This document shows, piece by piece, positions 37,290-48,774 of a stretch of DNA of 64,000 nt. Below the pieces are notes generated by a model. The model was not told the origin of the DNA and searched no databases. It saw only the letters and a program-made list of their open reading frames with translations. How positions within the stretch are numbered: the first letter of the stretch is position 1; each line of letters opens with the position of its first letter. A program made the translations under genes and the position numbers. Origin of the DNA: a virus; the IMG/VR virus record IMGVR_UViG_3300045988_119718, positions 188,611-252,610 of that record; one strand, written 5' to 3'.

Positions 37290-39893
37290 TTATTTTCTTA
37301 ATTTATTATATGATTTTTCTATACTTTTAGCATTATCCATTATAGTACCAATATTTCCTATAGATAAATTACCAGATTTAACTGTATTCAATATATTCTG
37401 GGAATTATTTAATATATCTTTTAATTGTTTTTCCTTTTCTGTAACACTACCACCTTCCCCTACTTTGATTAAGTCTAGTTTAGTAGATAATGTAAATCTA
37501 TCACCAGCTTTAATAAAGTAATCTATTTTTCTAGTTAATAAGAATACTCCATCATTATTACTATGAGCATCATAGTTTTTAACTATGTATCTTTTATTAG
37601 GAGTGATTATAGTAGTATCTAAACTTGTTTTACTGATAGACAACTGATTTACATGATTCTCTAAATCTGCTTTAATATTTTTAATCATATTAGCATTATC
37701 ATTACTAAGTCTTATTAGTTTAGTACCGATATTTGCAGAATCACTAGTTGTATTATCTTTTTTATCAGAATTTTTTAAATTTAAATTTACTGCAAAGTTA
37801 GATATACCAAGCATACCTATATTAGATATATCTTTAACCATATTAATATTCTTTTGTAAATCTTGTAAATCATTTATAGAGAAACTTAATGATTTTACTC
37901 TATCTGCTAATTGATTAGCAGACTTTACAATATTCTGTAAAGATTCTTTAGCTGTTTTACTAATATCTCTAAGTTTATCCCAAGTGCCAGTTATAGTAGT
38001 TTTAATATCATTTTTAAATTCTTTTAAATCTTTAATTTGTGGAGATACTTGTTCTATAGCATTATTAATACTAAGATTAGCAGATTTAAATCTATTTACA
38101 GCATCTAGTATTCTAGTAGCAGAATCATCTATCATAGTTGTAGCTGTACTTAGATTACTAATAGATCTATCAGATTTAAAAGGATTAGGTTTAGCTTTAT
38201 TACCACCAGTATCACTATTTTGTAAAGCTATATAACCGTCCCATAAATCACTAGCATCTTTAATTATAGATTTACTAGCATTAATATAATTCTCTATTTT
38301 AAAGCATGAATTTACTCTTTCTATTAATTCTGTATTTATAGAAGTAGTATGAGAAGCAGATTGAGTTTTTAAGCTATTTACTTTATTTAGCATACTAGAT
38401 ACATTATCAGATATATTAATAGGAGATACAGAGTTAATAAAAGATGATATTCTACTCACATTGCTAGCTATGCCTATTAAGTTATTAGCTATATTCTGAT
38501 ACTTTTCAGGTAATGAATTTACTATACTATTATCAGTATTAATATTAGCTATATATGTATTTAATGTTTTAATCCATTCTTCACAACGCTCAATTTGACT
38601 ATCTGTAAGATATCTTTCAGTCCTAGTAGTAGTTCCACCAGATTCACTGCTACTAGTAGTAATAGTAACTTCTAATTTTTCCAATTCTTTAATATAATTA
38701 ATAGACCTTTTTATTAAATCTATAGCTCCATATTTATTAAAGCTATCATTAGAATCATACTCTGTTTTACCATCATATATTTGACCTAAACTATTTATAA
38801 TATCATACTTATTATTTTTTACGTCATCTGGTAAAGTTAATATACTATTGATTATATCGGTACCACTGTTTATAGCACATTTATAATCAGTTAAAGCACT
38901 AGGTATACTTTTTATAGTATTATTAGCTTTCTTTAAAGTATTATTAATACTATCTTTCATTTTATTTACAGTATTGATAGCTTCATTTACAGAGCTTAAT
39001 AAAGTTACAGACTGTTCTATAGATGGGTCTATTATTGCTTGTATTTCTGTATATAGCTTTTCAGTATCTGAATCTATAGTATAATAGCTATCTTTTACAT
39101 TTACATCAGCATAGTAGCATCCTATATCATCATTAGATTCCATACCTTCTGCTAATGCTGCTGTACTATCTAATGACCTTATATTAAACATACATGTATC
39201 ATAATCTTCACCTTGTTTTTGTACTCCATTACCAGAACTGTCTAATAGATACATACATCCAGGTTCTATATAGAATCTGTATGGGGTATCATAAAATACT
39301 TTAATATCATTAAAGAATTTTATAGTTTTAGATAATGAATCCATAGGTGGTACTATAAGCTGACTAATAGTATCATTATAAGTAAATGGAGATACACAAT
39401 ACGGATATCTAGACAAAAAATAACAAACAGAATTGAATCTAGTAGAGTTTACTAGAGTAGTATTGATAGTCTGTTTATTTGCATCTATACATTCACTAAA
39501 CATCATACCTATAGTAAAATCTATAAAGTTATCTTTCTTTTCTTTATTATCAGAGTAATCTATTTCTTTATTATAGTTTATATCTTGATCTACAAAATAT
39601 GTAGCTTTACCATAATATGGAGTAAGTTGTTTTAATTCAAGATTAGTTACTTCATTCATAAACAGCTTATAGATACTTACATAAAAACAAGCAGTTTTAA
39701 CATTAGTAATTATCTTATCCATATCATTCTTATCAGCAGTTAATGTAACTGCTAGCATTGGCATATTGGATTGCTCGTAATCATTAGTTAGCATTAAACT
39801 AGATATATTCTCATTATTAAAATTTATAGTGTCTTCAGTACCATCATCTTTGATACTAGACCATTTAAGTTCTATGAGATAGTCATATTTCAT
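37290..39893 (-). CDS. Large coiled-coil-rich structural protein, 867 aa (tail fibre or tail-associated candidate).
   Basis: ORF with long N/S/I/K-rich heptad-like regions. Confidence 0.6.
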   Translation of the reverse strand: MKYDYLIELKWSSIKDDGTEDTINFNNENISSLMLTNDYEQSNMPMLAVTLTADKNDMDKIITNVKTACFYVSIYKLFMNEVTNLELKQLTPYYGKATYFVDQDINYNKEIDYSDNKEKKDNFIDFTIGMMFSECIDANKQTINTTLVNSTRFNSVCYFLSRYPYCVSPFTYNDTISQLIVPPMDSLSKTIKFFNDIKVFYDTPYRFYIEPGCMYLLDSSGNGVQKQGEDYDTCMFNIRSLDSTAALAEGMESNDDIGCYYADVNVKDSYYTIDSDTEKLYTEIQAIIDPSIEQSVTLLSSVNEAINTVNKMKDSINNTLKKANNTIKSIPSALTDYKCAINSGTDIINSILTLPDDVKNNKYDIINSLGQIYDGKTEYDSNDSFNKYGAIDLIKRSINYIKELEKLEVTITTSSSESGGTTTRTERYLTDSQIERCEEWIKTLNTYIANINTDNSIVNSLPEKYQNIANNLIGIASNVSRISSFINSVSPINISDNVSSMLNKVNSLKTQSASHTTSINTELIERVNSCFKIENYINASKSIIKDASDLWDGYIALQNSDTGGNKAKPNPFKSDRSISNLSTATTMIDDSATRILDAVNRFKSANLSINNAIEQVSPQIKDLKEFKNDIKTTITGTWDKLRDISKTAKESLQNIVKSANQLADRVKSLSFSINDLQDLQKNINMVKDISNIGMLGISNFAVNLNLKNSDKKDNTTSDSANIGTKLIRLSNDNANMIKNIKADLENHVNQLSISKTSLDTTIITPNKRYIVKNYDAHSNNDGVFLLTRKIDYFIKAGDRFTLSTKLDLIKVGEGGSVTEKEKQLKDILNNSQNILNTVKSGNLSIGNIGTIMDNAKSIEKSYNKLRK

Positions 39894-39942
39894 TTTTACA
39901 CCACCTAATAAAAAATAAAGAGTATACCATATGGTATACTCT

Positions 39943-41019
39943 TTAGAAGAACTCTAGATTTAATGGAGAATCTTTGAAATATGTATTGTTAATATATTGA
40001 ACTCCTTCTACATCATCTAGATCTTGTTTAATAAAACTTTCCTCTTTATATTCTGGTAGTAACTTGTAAAGTTTATATTGATAATTTAAATCTACACATT
40101 TGAAAGTTCTAATAAATTGTTCCTTTATTATAGGAACAGACTTTCTATTTTTGGATTTATAATAATCAGTACAAACATCATATAGTACTTCAGAATCATA
40201 TTCGCATCCTAAAGGGACTAGTTTAGATATAGATAGAGCAGTCGGATATGCACAAAGGCTTTTTATGTTACGCTTAGGTATACCTATTAAGGTCATCATA
40301 AAAGAAATCGTTTTTTGATTTAGATACTCTCTAATATTTTTCTTTTTTAATTCATAAATATATGCATGCAAAGAGTTAGTATGATTATAAGAATAAGTTC
40401 TATCTCTACCATCAGGAATACGTAATCTAAGGTCTTTTCTAATAACTACTGTATCTTTATTATTAATAGGTAATTGATACATTAGCTGAGAGTTAGAAAG
40501 GACTAAAGAAGGATTATCTCCTAATAATTTCTTTTGTATGATATTATGAATTATAACTGAAGATTCTACTGTACCTTCTTTAAGAAAAACATTAGGGAGA
40601 TATGGAACTAGTAATCTAACTAGTTTCATATTCTCCTCTACATTATCTTTAATCTTAACGTTAAACTTTATCCTAGTATTATACTCGTAATTATAAGTAG
40701 GTACAAATTGTGTATTATTAGTAGAATCATTACTAGAATATACTAGACATATATTAGTATAAACTTTATGTCTAGTATTAAAGTAGTTTCTTATATGAGC
40801 ACAGTAGTTTACTATGCAAGAGCATATATTAAAGAAATTCCCTATTCTAGTATACCTAAATGCTGTAACGAGAAATTGATATAAGTCTATATATACATTA
40901 ATAGTTTTAGTATTATTATCTCCATTAAATTCTCGTGGTATAATCTTTTGTAATTCTTTATAAGTAATGAATTCATTATATAAAACCATATCTAATGGGG
41001 TTTTAGTATCATATAGCAC
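39943..41019 (-). CDS. Hypothetical protein, 358 aa.
   Basis: ORF only. Confidence 0.55.
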   Translation of the reverse strand: MLYDTKTPLDMVLYNEFITYKELQKIIPREFNGDNNTKTINVYIDLYQFLVTAFRYTRIGNFFNICSCIVNYCAHIRNYFNTRHKVYTNICLVYSSNDSTNNTQFVPTYNYEYNTRIKFNVKIKDNVEENMKLVRLLVPYLPNVFLKEGTVESSVIIHNIIQKKLLGDNPSLVLSNSQLMYQLPINNKDTVVIRKDLRLRIPDGRDRTYSYNHTNSLHAYIYELKKKNIREYLNQKTISFMMTLIGIPKRNIKSLCAYPTALSISKLVPLGCEYDSEVLYDVCTDYYKSKNRKSVPIIKEQFIRTFKCVDLNYQYKLYKLLPEYKEESFIKQDLDDVEGVQYINNTYFKDSPLNLEFF

Positions 41020-41030
41020 TATATATCACC

Positions 41031-41504
41031 TCAAATAGTATGACGCCATCCTCTTCTACCTCTACTCTTGTAAAACATAATAAGTCCTCTCATTGCATCT
41101 GCACAATCATCACAGATACCACTAAACATAAGTTTAGCTGGAGAATTAATTTGTCTACCACAGAAGATGCATTTATGAGGAAGCTCTTCAGCTTTATTCA
41201 TTCGCTGTATGCATGAATCACAGAATGGAACAATCATTTCTTCTGGCTTACGTGCAAAATCTCTTTTACAGATTAAGCATTTAGTATACCATAAATCTTG
41301 TCTCATTGGATCTATTGTATCCATAACACAAGTTTCATATATACAACAGCCATTTACATCTTTCCATTTGCACTGATAATCTTCACCATGCCTACATTTT
41401 TCAAACTGTTCATAAGGAGGCTCTCCGGTAGAACCTTCTAATTTACTTTTATCATTACTTTTCTTATCATTATTAATCCCTTTAATAGAATCTTCTAAAC
41501 TCAT
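41031..41504 (-). CDS. Cys-rich zinc-ribbon protein, 157 aa (four CxxC pairs).
   Basis: CLICKRDF ... FCDSCIQ ... CIFCGRQ ... ICDDCADA. Confidence 0.5.
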   Translation of the reverse strand: MSLEDSIKGINNDKKSNDKSKLEGSTGEPPYEQFEKCRHGEDYQCKWKDVNGCCIYETCVMDTIDPMRQDLWYTKCLICKRDFARKPEEMIVPFCDSCIQRMNKAEELPHKCIFCGRQINSPAKLMFSGICDDCADAMRGLIMFYKSRGRRGWRHTI

Positions 41505-41542
41505 ATTCGTTACACCTCCTTATTAAACAGTGCTAATAAATA

Positions 41543-41914
41543 TTAAGCAATAATTTCTTTAGGGTCATAATAAATTGAGTTCTTTTTACCCGTTTTCTTA
41601 TGTCCTAGAGAATCAAGTGATTCTTTAAAGTCTTCTCTTTGAGACAGAATTTCTAATAATTCATTAGTATGACCATAGCCAAGTTCTACTAATTTATTAG
41701 CTAATACATGAGGGCCTTCATCAGTTAAGAAAGTACATCCTTTCAATGGAGTTTCTTTATTGATATCCATTACCCATCTTCTTAATTCAAGCTTCTCTTC
41801 TCCATCACCCCAAGCAAGTTTACGAAGAAGTACTACTGAATTACCTTTAGTATCAATAACTTCATCTACGTCTCCTACATGATAAGTGAATGATTTGTTA
41901 TTATCTCTTTTCAT
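41543..41914 (-). CDS. Hypothetical protein, 123 aa.
   Basis: ORF only. Confidence 0.5.
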   Translation of the reverse strand: MKRDNNKSFTYHVGDVDEVIDTKGNSVVLLRKLAWGDGEEKLELRRWVMDINKETPLKGCTFLTDEGPHVLANKLVELGYGHTNELLEILSQREDFKESLDSLGHKKTGKKNSIYYDPKEIIA

Positions 41915-41919
41915 TTTAT

Positions 41920-42927
41920 TTAGCTCCTTTTTGGATAAATAATTTCATCATAATAGTGTTTAATATCTGGATGGAATATATACTGCCTTAAAGATAAACT
42001 CCAATATGGATAATAGCAATTACAATTATCGATTTCATCAATAATAACTATAGGTTGATTTATATTATATCTCCACCAACTATAAAAATCTTTATGAGAA
42101 TTTTTGTACTGTTTAAACTCTTCATAAATTTTAGTGTTGGAATCCATAAATAAATGATTAATTTCTTTTATAAACTGATTATAGTTTTCATCATTACTAT
42201 AATACAGTTTAGCTCTAGTTCTAATAGTAATAAAGTTTCTATCATTTATATTACTAATTTTATAACCAATCTTATAGATTTGATTATTATACTTCTCAGC
42301 AATATAATGAACTTTTTTAATGAAATCATTATTAGCTTTATTCAAATACTGTTGAGCTTTTCTTTTATAATGAAAATACTTATTGCAGTATTCAATAGCA
42401 GTCTTTACATTAGGTTCATGAAAGGCTTTTTCCCTAAATAATAAATTAGGAGAATCTGGTTCTTCTATATTCAAATATAAAGCTACTTTTGGATTTCTCA
42501 TAATAGCTTTAGTATATTGAACACATAAGTCAAATGAAGACTCCAATTTATTCACTGCACTAACTGCAATGTATGATCTACTATAGCTAAAAGCATCAAA
42601 AGTTTCATAATTTTCTACTAAAAATTCTAAATCGTCTAATTCTTTATCTTTAGCTTTAGATAATACAACATCATAAATATATCCACTGAATCTGTATACA
42701 AATCCTTCAGTTCTATAACTTTGGAAAGTGATATCAGGAGAGTATTTATATTTTACTTCAATATTATAAATATCTGGTAGGTAATAACTAAGTTTAATAA
42801 AGTATTTCAATACTTTATCTAAACCTAAATATTTACCTTTATACTCATTATATACTTTTTCTACTTCTGGCTGTAATTTACTATCAGTAGAAATTATATT
42901 TTTAATACGTTTTGTCATAGCAATCAC
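41920..42927 (-). CDS. Hypothetical protein, 335 aa.
   Basis: ORF only. Confidence 0.55.
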   Translation of the reverse strand: MIAMTKRIKNIISTDSKLQPEVEKVYNEYKGKYLGLDKVLKYFIKLSYYLPDIYNIEVKYKYSPDITFQSYRTEGFVYRFSGYIYDVVLSKAKDKELDDLEFLVENYETFDAFSYSRSYIAVSAVNKLESSFDLCVQYTKAIMRNPKVALYLNIEEPDSPNLLFREKAFHEPNVKTAIEYCNKYFHYKRKAQQYLNKANNDFIKKVHYIAEKYNNQIYKIGYKISNINDRNFITIRTRAKLYYSNDENYNQFIKEINHLFMDSNTKIYEEFKQYKNSHKDFYSWWRYNINQPIVIIDEIDNCNCYYPYWSLSLRQYIFHPDIKHYYDEIIYPKRS

Positions 42928-42998
42928 CTACTAAAATTTATAAAAAATATAAAGAGACACATATGTGTCTCTTTATATTTCATTGTACTAAAATACGA

Positions 42999-43934
42999 TT
43001 AGGCATTAACCAAGAAACCAAGCTTATTAGTATTAGTGGTTACACCATTTTCGTTGGCCACTTTCTGTACCCGTTCACCATTGATCTGAACTACGTTGAG
43101 CATGTAGTTATTGGTTCTAACCTGTTCAGCGAATACAGACGGTGCTTTCGGAACAACAAAGTTGAATTCGTATTCATACTTCTGATTGCTACCTTCTACA
43201 TTCTTACCATGAATCATGGAGAAGAATCTATTGATATCAATCGGAATCATTACTACGTTATACTGCTTCTGATAATAACCCATATTGTAAAGGTCGTTAA
43301 TAGTCCTTACATCATAAAGATTATCCCAGAGAATACCCTGTTTGCTATTATATGCTTCTTTGTTATTCATTGGATTTCTTCTAGGAACGAATCCTTCAAG
43401 GCATTTCTTAGCATCTGCTGTAATAGCGAGATACTTATAATCGTTTCTAGAATTCCATGCATTAATCCACCCACTCATCTTATCAGTGCTGGATTCTTTC
43501 ATGATCTTATCTTTTGGTTTAATAAACTTAACTTTGCCTTCTCCTTCTCTTCTGTCTTCAAAATAAAGGCATACATAGGACAAAGCACCATTCGGTTTAA
43601 GCTTATTATTTTCTTCTGCATTGATATAATTTCTAATGATATTAGATACCTGGAACAGAGATGCTTTTTCTTCATTAGAAGCTTTAGCATCAATGAAATG
43701 ATCAATATCATTCAGTCTTGCATTGAGGAACTCAGATGCAATCTGTGGAACTCTATCAACACGGACAAATCTTGCACCAACAAAATCATCAGTCATTGCT
43801 GCGAAGGTTTTGCAAATCTGTTTTACAAGCTTATTGGTGCTGATGAGCTTGTATTCAAGTTCTCCATTAAATTCGCTCTTTTCAAAAGTCACATTGAGAG
43901 CTTCGGTGTTTTTTGTTTCATTAATAGTAGCCAT
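42999..43934 (-). CDS. Hypothetical protein, 311 aa. It has visibly higher GC and a different codon usage, so it is either a highly expressed structural gene or an acquired gene.
   Basis: ORF with SD AAAGGAGGAAATAAC before the ATG. The antisense track ORF 42963..43973 is rejected. Confidence 0.6.
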   Translation of the reverse strand: MATINETKNTEALNVTFEKSEFNGELEYKLISTNKLVKQICKTFAAMTDDFVGARFVRVDRVPQIASEFLNARLNDIDHFIDAKASNEEKASLFQVSNIIRNYINAEENNKLKPNGALSYVCLYFEDRREGEGKVKFIKPKDKIMKESSTDKMSGWINAWNSRNDYKYLAITADAKKCLEGFVPRRNPMNNKEAYNSKQGILWDNLYDVRTINDLYNMGYYQKQYNVVMIPIDINRFFSMIHGKNVEGSNQKYEYEFNFVVPKAPSVFAEQVRTNNYMLNVVQINGERVQKVANENGVTTNTNKLGFLVNA

Positions 43935-44069
43935 GTTATTTCCTCCTTTAAAATAATTACATGGTGTGATTAAACAATCGTTTAATTTACAATATTGTTT
44001 AATCTGAAATTAAATATGACATTTTATAATGTCATAAATATAGTATGTATTTATTTTATTATTTACACA

Positions 44070-45059
44070 TCACGTTCTGTATACTACTCTACCAGTCTTA
44101 CAAAGTATGATGAATAAATCCCCATTATTGCTATTACGTATTAAATGGTATTTATATGTAAACGCTGTAATATCTATATCGTACCAATACTTAATTATCA
44201 TGTAATCATAAATAGTTCTAACGAAAGTACCTTTAACGATACTCATCATAGTTTCATGATCGAACGTATATAATGTATTAAGATCATTCTCTTTAATAAC
44301 AGGTTTAGCTTCTTTGATTGGATACTCGTCTATATTTAATCGTACATCCATACTTGGAATAAAACAATAAAGCTCTAAAAGCTGTTTAAGATTAGTAAGC
44401 TTAAAATCTATTTTTGATATTTTATAAATTTCTTTAAAAGTAGAAGTAATTAAATTATTGTACATTTGTAGTTTAGGCTTTAGCAAGTTTATTATACTAT
44501 CATAATAATCGTCTATATAAATTGCCAGTTTAATACTATCTTTAATCTTTACTTTTTCGTCTTCTTCCCATAATTTACTTTCATATGCATCATAGTTTTC
44601 ATCTTCATCTACAAATCTATCCATTATTTCATTGAGTTTATTTTGGATTGGTTTGTTAGGATCATCTAATATATGATAATTTTCTTTTATTAATGATTCT
44701 GTAGAATCTATCAATAAATTCAATCTAGTGAATATAGTACTATACATACTATAGCCATATTCATACTCTTCTGCTATTTGGGCTTCATCAGTATATACAG
44801 AATTCTTATTTAGATAAAGCTCTATAACCAAATCATCCATATTTCTAGAAGCACTATTAGCTTTAACTACAGTAAGATACATAAAAGCTGCTGGAATAAG
44901 TTTTCTATAACAATATTCAATATCGTTTACTTCCATCCATTTATATTTATTAAAAGTCTCAGAATAAACTTTAACTTTCTTTTTATATATACTATTTTTT
45001 ACATCAGTCATTATTCTAATGACCTCTTCATTATTAAACCATTTCTCTCCTAAAATCAT
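44070..45059 (-). CDS. Hypothetical protein, 329 aa.
   Basis: ORF only. Confidence 0.55.
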   Translation of the reverse strand: MILGEKWFNNEEVIRIMTDVKNSIYKKKVKVYSETFNKYKWMEVNDIEYCYRKLIPAAFMYLTVVKANSASRNMDDLVIELYLNKNSVYTDEAQIAEEYEYGYSMYSTIFTRLNLLIDSTESLIKENYHILDDPNKPIQNKLNEIMDRFVDEDENYDAYESKLWEEDEKVKIKDSIKLAIYIDDYYDSIINLLKPKLQMYNNLITSTFKEIYKISKIDFKLTNLKQLLELYCFIPSMDVRLNIDEYPIKEAKPVIKENDLNTLYTFDHETMMSIVKGTFVRTIYDYMIIKYWYDIDITAFTYKYHLIRNSNNGDLFIILCKTGRVVYRT

Positions 45060-45142
45060 TTTTAATCTCCTATATTATAATTAATTTGTACCAAGGTTGT
45101 AAAACCTTGGTACAATGATACTGTCATAAATATAATATATAG

Positions 45143-46849
45143 TTAAAAACCTTTTTTGAAATTAAGTATTCTTTTAATCCATTCTAATGTATGGTCTAAT
45201 GTAGAAGTTGGTATTCTAATTTTGTCATCATTAAATGGAGAATTTTGATATGATTTAATAATATCAAAGTTAGGGTCTTTTTTTAATACAATTTGACTAT
45301 ATTTAGTTATGTCATTAACTATTTTAGATCTAGCTTTTTCAGCTTTTCTTTTTTCTTCTATAGTAGTTTTTTTATCATGTATCTTTTCTTCCAGTTTAGT
45401 ATTTAAATACCATAGCTTACAAATACAATACTTCATTCCTACTATGTTATTATTCTTTTCATATATTTTTAAAGCTAAATGAGTTCTAGAGTATTCACCT
45501 TCAAAATCTATTTTTCTTCCTTTACTAATTAATAGATCTCCATCTTTATTGAATTCTACAGGAAATTCATTGGTAGTATTAGCTTCTGAAAATATATTAG
45601 CAGATTCTAATGATGACATATTATTTTTATCATTATAAAGATGATAAAGAATATGCAGCCCAAGGCAATCCTTATTAAATTTTCTATATTCTCCAGAAAA
45701 AACTTTGAATATAGAAATTGGTTCATTGAAATTATTTACTAATGATGCTAATAAATATTTGAGTGTTACTGTAGACGGATATCTATTTCCATCATGATTT
45801 TTAATCAATTCATGCCATTCTGGTAATCTTGCACAATATATATCCACGGTATCAGCTCTACTAGTTACATCATTATATGATATAATATCATTATATGGTA
45901 TAATGCGAGAGAAAGATACAGTTATTGTACTAAAAGATCTATTATCGATTATCCATAACCCCATGTTTGTTACGAAATCATTAAAACGTTCATCTTCATA
46001 GCGGCGGTTATCTTTTATTGATTCTTCTGTATCATTTACTGTATATATTCGTATATTACTATACATGCTGGATATAGCATTCTTAACTCTTTCATTTTGC
46101 TTAACTAAACTATAGTTAGATATAGGCAGAGAATAATTACAGCCTAAATTTAATAAAGCTTTATTTTTAATATCTTTATTTAATTTAGAATCATTAATTT
46201 CTTCTACTTTATCTTTCCATTGATTACTCAATGCTTTAAATTTATTAAAATCACCAGTTTCAAATCCTTCATTATAAGCTTTTTTCCATTTAGATACAAA
46301 AAGTGATTCTTTTAAAGGAAGTTTTACATCTTTAAAATATTTTTTATCATAGTACTCTATTTCTTTAGGAGTATAGTATGGATAAATGACTGATTCATCT
46401 ATAATGTCTGGGTTATCATTTAATATCTTACTTTCTATATTTGAGATATAGTCCTCAGATGGAGTAAATTCATTTATAGATTCTTGAATAGAAGCAGACA
46501 TATACTTTCTATAAAAATATCTATCTTTATCGAAGTTTATAGTAAAATACAAATCATCAACTTCTTGATCGACATCATGCTTATCTTTGTTAAACTGAAA
46601 TTCGTTATTATTAATACTATCTTCATCATAAAATTTATGAAGCATTATTTCATATCTATCTTGGTTAGTATTACCAAATAATTCTATACTCTTTTCATCA
46701 GAATCATTTTGCAAATCTTTATTCATTGCTATGAAATTATCCCAATCCATTTCTAAGTCTGAAATATTTTCATATTTAGGATACAGCAAAACTATATTGC
46801 TATCTAATCTCCAGTCTTTTACTTGCTTAGCTAATATATCAATATTCAT
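45143..46849 (-). CDS. Hypothetical protein, 568 aa.
   Basis: ORF only. Confidence 0.55.
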   Translation of the reverse strand: MNIDILAKQVKDWRLDSNIVLLYPKYENISDLEMDWDNFIAMNKDLQNDSDEKSIELFGNTNQDRYEIMLHKFYDEDSINNNEFQFNKDKHDVDQEVDDLYFTINFDKDRYFYRKYMSASIQESINEFTPSEDYISNIESKILNDNPDIIDESVIYPYYTPKEIEYYDKKYFKDVKLPLKESLFVSKWKKAYNEGFETGDFNKFKALSNQWKDKVEEINDSKLNKDIKNKALLNLGCNYSLPISNYSLVKQNERVKNAISSMYSNIRIYTVNDTEESIKDNRRYEDERFNDFVTNMGLWIIDNRSFSTITVSFSRIIPYNDIISYNDVTSRADTVDIYCARLPEWHELIKNHDGNRYPSTVTLKYLLASLVNNFNEPISIFKVFSGEYRKFNKDCLGLHILYHLYNDKNNMSSLESANIFSEANTTNEFPVEFNKDGDLLISKGRKIDFEGEYSRTHLALKIYEKNNNIVGMKYCICKLWYLNTKLEEKIHDKKTTIEEKRKAEKARSKIVNDITKYSQIVLKKDPNFDIIKSYQNSPFNDDKIRIPTSTLDHTLEWIKRILNFKKGF

Positions 46850-47669
46850 ATTTTAAATCATCTCCAATCACTATATCAGAAATTTCACTATAGTACTTGG
46901 TTCTTCTTAAAGTCTTTCTATTAGTAGCAAAATATCCTAATTTACTATCTTCCAAAATGACAATATCTTTAGATTGGTTTAGTAATGCTTTATAAGATTC
47001 ATCGTTAGAAACTATTTTATATTTATTAGCTATATTTGGTATAGACATAAAGATAGCTTCATTTAAAATACTATAAGCATCATTCTCTATAGTTCTTTTG
47101 ATTTCATCAAAATCTATAAGTTTAAAATCTTCATCGTAATCTATCTGGTCTTCGTCTAATAATTCTCTACCAGTTAATGCTTCATATATATATTCTAAAC
47201 TGTCAACTTTCTTATCTACAGAGTTAAGAATAGTCATAAGTTTCTTATTAGGGTCTTCACCCACATATTTATACATTTTAATCTTCTTATTCTTTAAATA
47301 AGAAGATGGATATTTTTTTAATACTTTATGTGGATTAGGCATAAGTATATTATCAGTTATAATATCATTCTGCACCCCATATCTAGGCTTAATGAAAGTA
47401 GGGTCTTGTACTTTAGATACAAATACATTACCATTAATTCCTACAGGAGGGTTTATACCAGCTAACCCCATCATTTCTAATTTAGATGAGAATATAGATT
47501 TATTTGTGGTTAAAGAAGATTTATTAAATCTTAAAAATTTATTATTTTGAGAATTCTTTCTAAATATTTTAGGTTTAGAAGAAAGTTTCTTTAATTTAGG
47601 TAATGATCTTCTAATAGGTTTATTCTTTACTTTAGTAGGATCAGTTATTCTCTTATCTTGTTCTATCAT
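46839..47669 (-). CDS. Hypothetical protein, 276 aa.
   Basis: ORF only. Confidence 0.5.
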   Translation of the reverse strand: MIEQDKRITDPTKVKNKPIRRSLPKLKKLSSKPKIFRKNSQNNKFLRFNKSSLTTNKSIFSSKLEMMGLAGINPPVGINGNVFVSKVQDPTFIKPRYGVQNDIITDNILMPNPHKVLKKYPSSYLKNKKIKMYKYVGEDPNKKLMTILNSVDKKVDSLEYIYEALTGRELLDEDQIDYDEDFKLIDFDEIKRTIENDAYSILNEAIFMSIPNIANKYKIVSNDESYKALLNQSKDIVILEDSKLGYFATNRKTLRRTKYYSEISDIVIGDDLKYEY

Positions 47670-47690
47670 TATTATATCATCTCTTTTCTA

Positions 47691-48626
47691 TTATTGTAAT
47701 TTGAATACATAATCTTCAAGCATAGGCTTTACTGTATTACTTCTATTCATTGTTTGATTTATTTCTTTTTCAAATGAGTCTTCATAGCTATTTAATGGAG
47801 ATAAATGAATACCATCTAATACAGCTTCATGCACTAGATTGGTATCTTCATTAACTCTAATTATAGCTTTTCTAGTTTCTTCATTATCGTTTAGCATTTG
47901 CATTTTAAGTTCATATAAAATCTCTATTAGTTGCTCAAACTGATTATTAGTTAATCGGATATAGTTATAAGTACCCATATTAGTAATCATTTCTTCTTTA
48001 GCTATTTGCTTTTCTCTATAGGTAGTCATAACTCTCTTATTAGGATTATCTCCACCATCTTTTACTTCTATTACCAGATTATATGGTACTATTAAAGCAT
48101 CAGTAATCCATTTATGATGCTCTCCTTTATATACGTAATCTATAGTAGGACCAGGCATTATGATATCATCTGGGTCAAACCCCATTATCTTATCTAAGAA
48201 TTCTAGCATTTTCTTTTCATATGAACCAGTATATTCTTTTAGCTTACCATTCTGAAAAGTATAAACACCAGAAATTCCTCTATTAGCTAACATCTTCTTT
48301 TGCTGATTAGCATCATTAAGAAGTGTAGTTTTACCATATACTTTCAACATATTTTTCTTATACATTTCTCTAAGCTTTTCTCTACACTTAGGGTTATTGC
48401 ATAATCTTTTATATTTATTAGTATTTTCATTCCATTCAGTAGGTTGCTTGCATACTACACATGTACCATGGTCTATATGATGGATAGAATTGAATAATAC
48501 TCTAGCAGCAGTATATCCTTCAGGGATTAAGTCCTCATGTTTTTTATCTATATGAGCTATTACTTTTTCTTTTGTATTTTTAAAGCTACAATATGGGCAT
48601 TTAACCTTTCTAGTATTAGAAGGCAT
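47691..48626 (-). CDS. Zn-finger protein with a possible PD-(D/E)xK nuclease-like core, 311 aa.
   Basis: N-terminal CPYC...H...H and CVVCK...C..C. TDALIVPYNLVIEVKDG resembles a D..E.K motif. Confidence 0.4.
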   Translation of the reverse strand: MPSNTRKVKCPYCSFKNTKEKVIAHIDKKHEDLIPEGYTAARVLFNSIHHIDHGTCVVCKQPTEWNENTNKYKRLCNNPKCREKLREMYKKNMLKVYGKTTLLNDANQQKKMLANRGISGVYTFQNGKLKEYTGSYEKKMLEFLDKIMGFDPDDIIMPGPTIDYVYKGEHHKWITDALIVPYNLVIEVKDGGDNPNKRVMTTYREKQIAKEEMITNMGTYNYIRLTNNQFEQLIEILYELKMQMLNDNEETRKAIIRVNEDTNLVHEAVLDGIHLSPLNSYEDSFEKEINQTMNRSNTVKPMLEDYVFKLQ

Positions 48627-48693
48627 TTTGGTTTCCTCCTTTTATATATGAAATAAATTACTTGTATGTCAAAAAATAAAAAAGATAGAATTT

Positions 48694-48718
48694 GGGTAAG
48701 AGCATTACGCTCTTACCC
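48694..48718 (-). terminator. Terminator hairpin GGGTAAGAGC-ATTAC-GCTCTTACCC downstream of the small-paralog array, with a T-rich run following on the minus strand.
   Basis: Perfect 10-bp stem. Confidence 0.5.
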
Positions 48719-48774
48719 AGTTTTAGGTTTATTAAATATAATTATTCTAGTAACTATAAAATAAACCTAGGAGT

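Noticed and set aside
42963-43973. 336-aa plus-strand ORF overlapping the 311-aa minus-strand gene.
   Set aside because: It has a C/F/I-rich nonsense-like composition and no SD. The minus-strand partner has a strong SD and a protein-like sequence.
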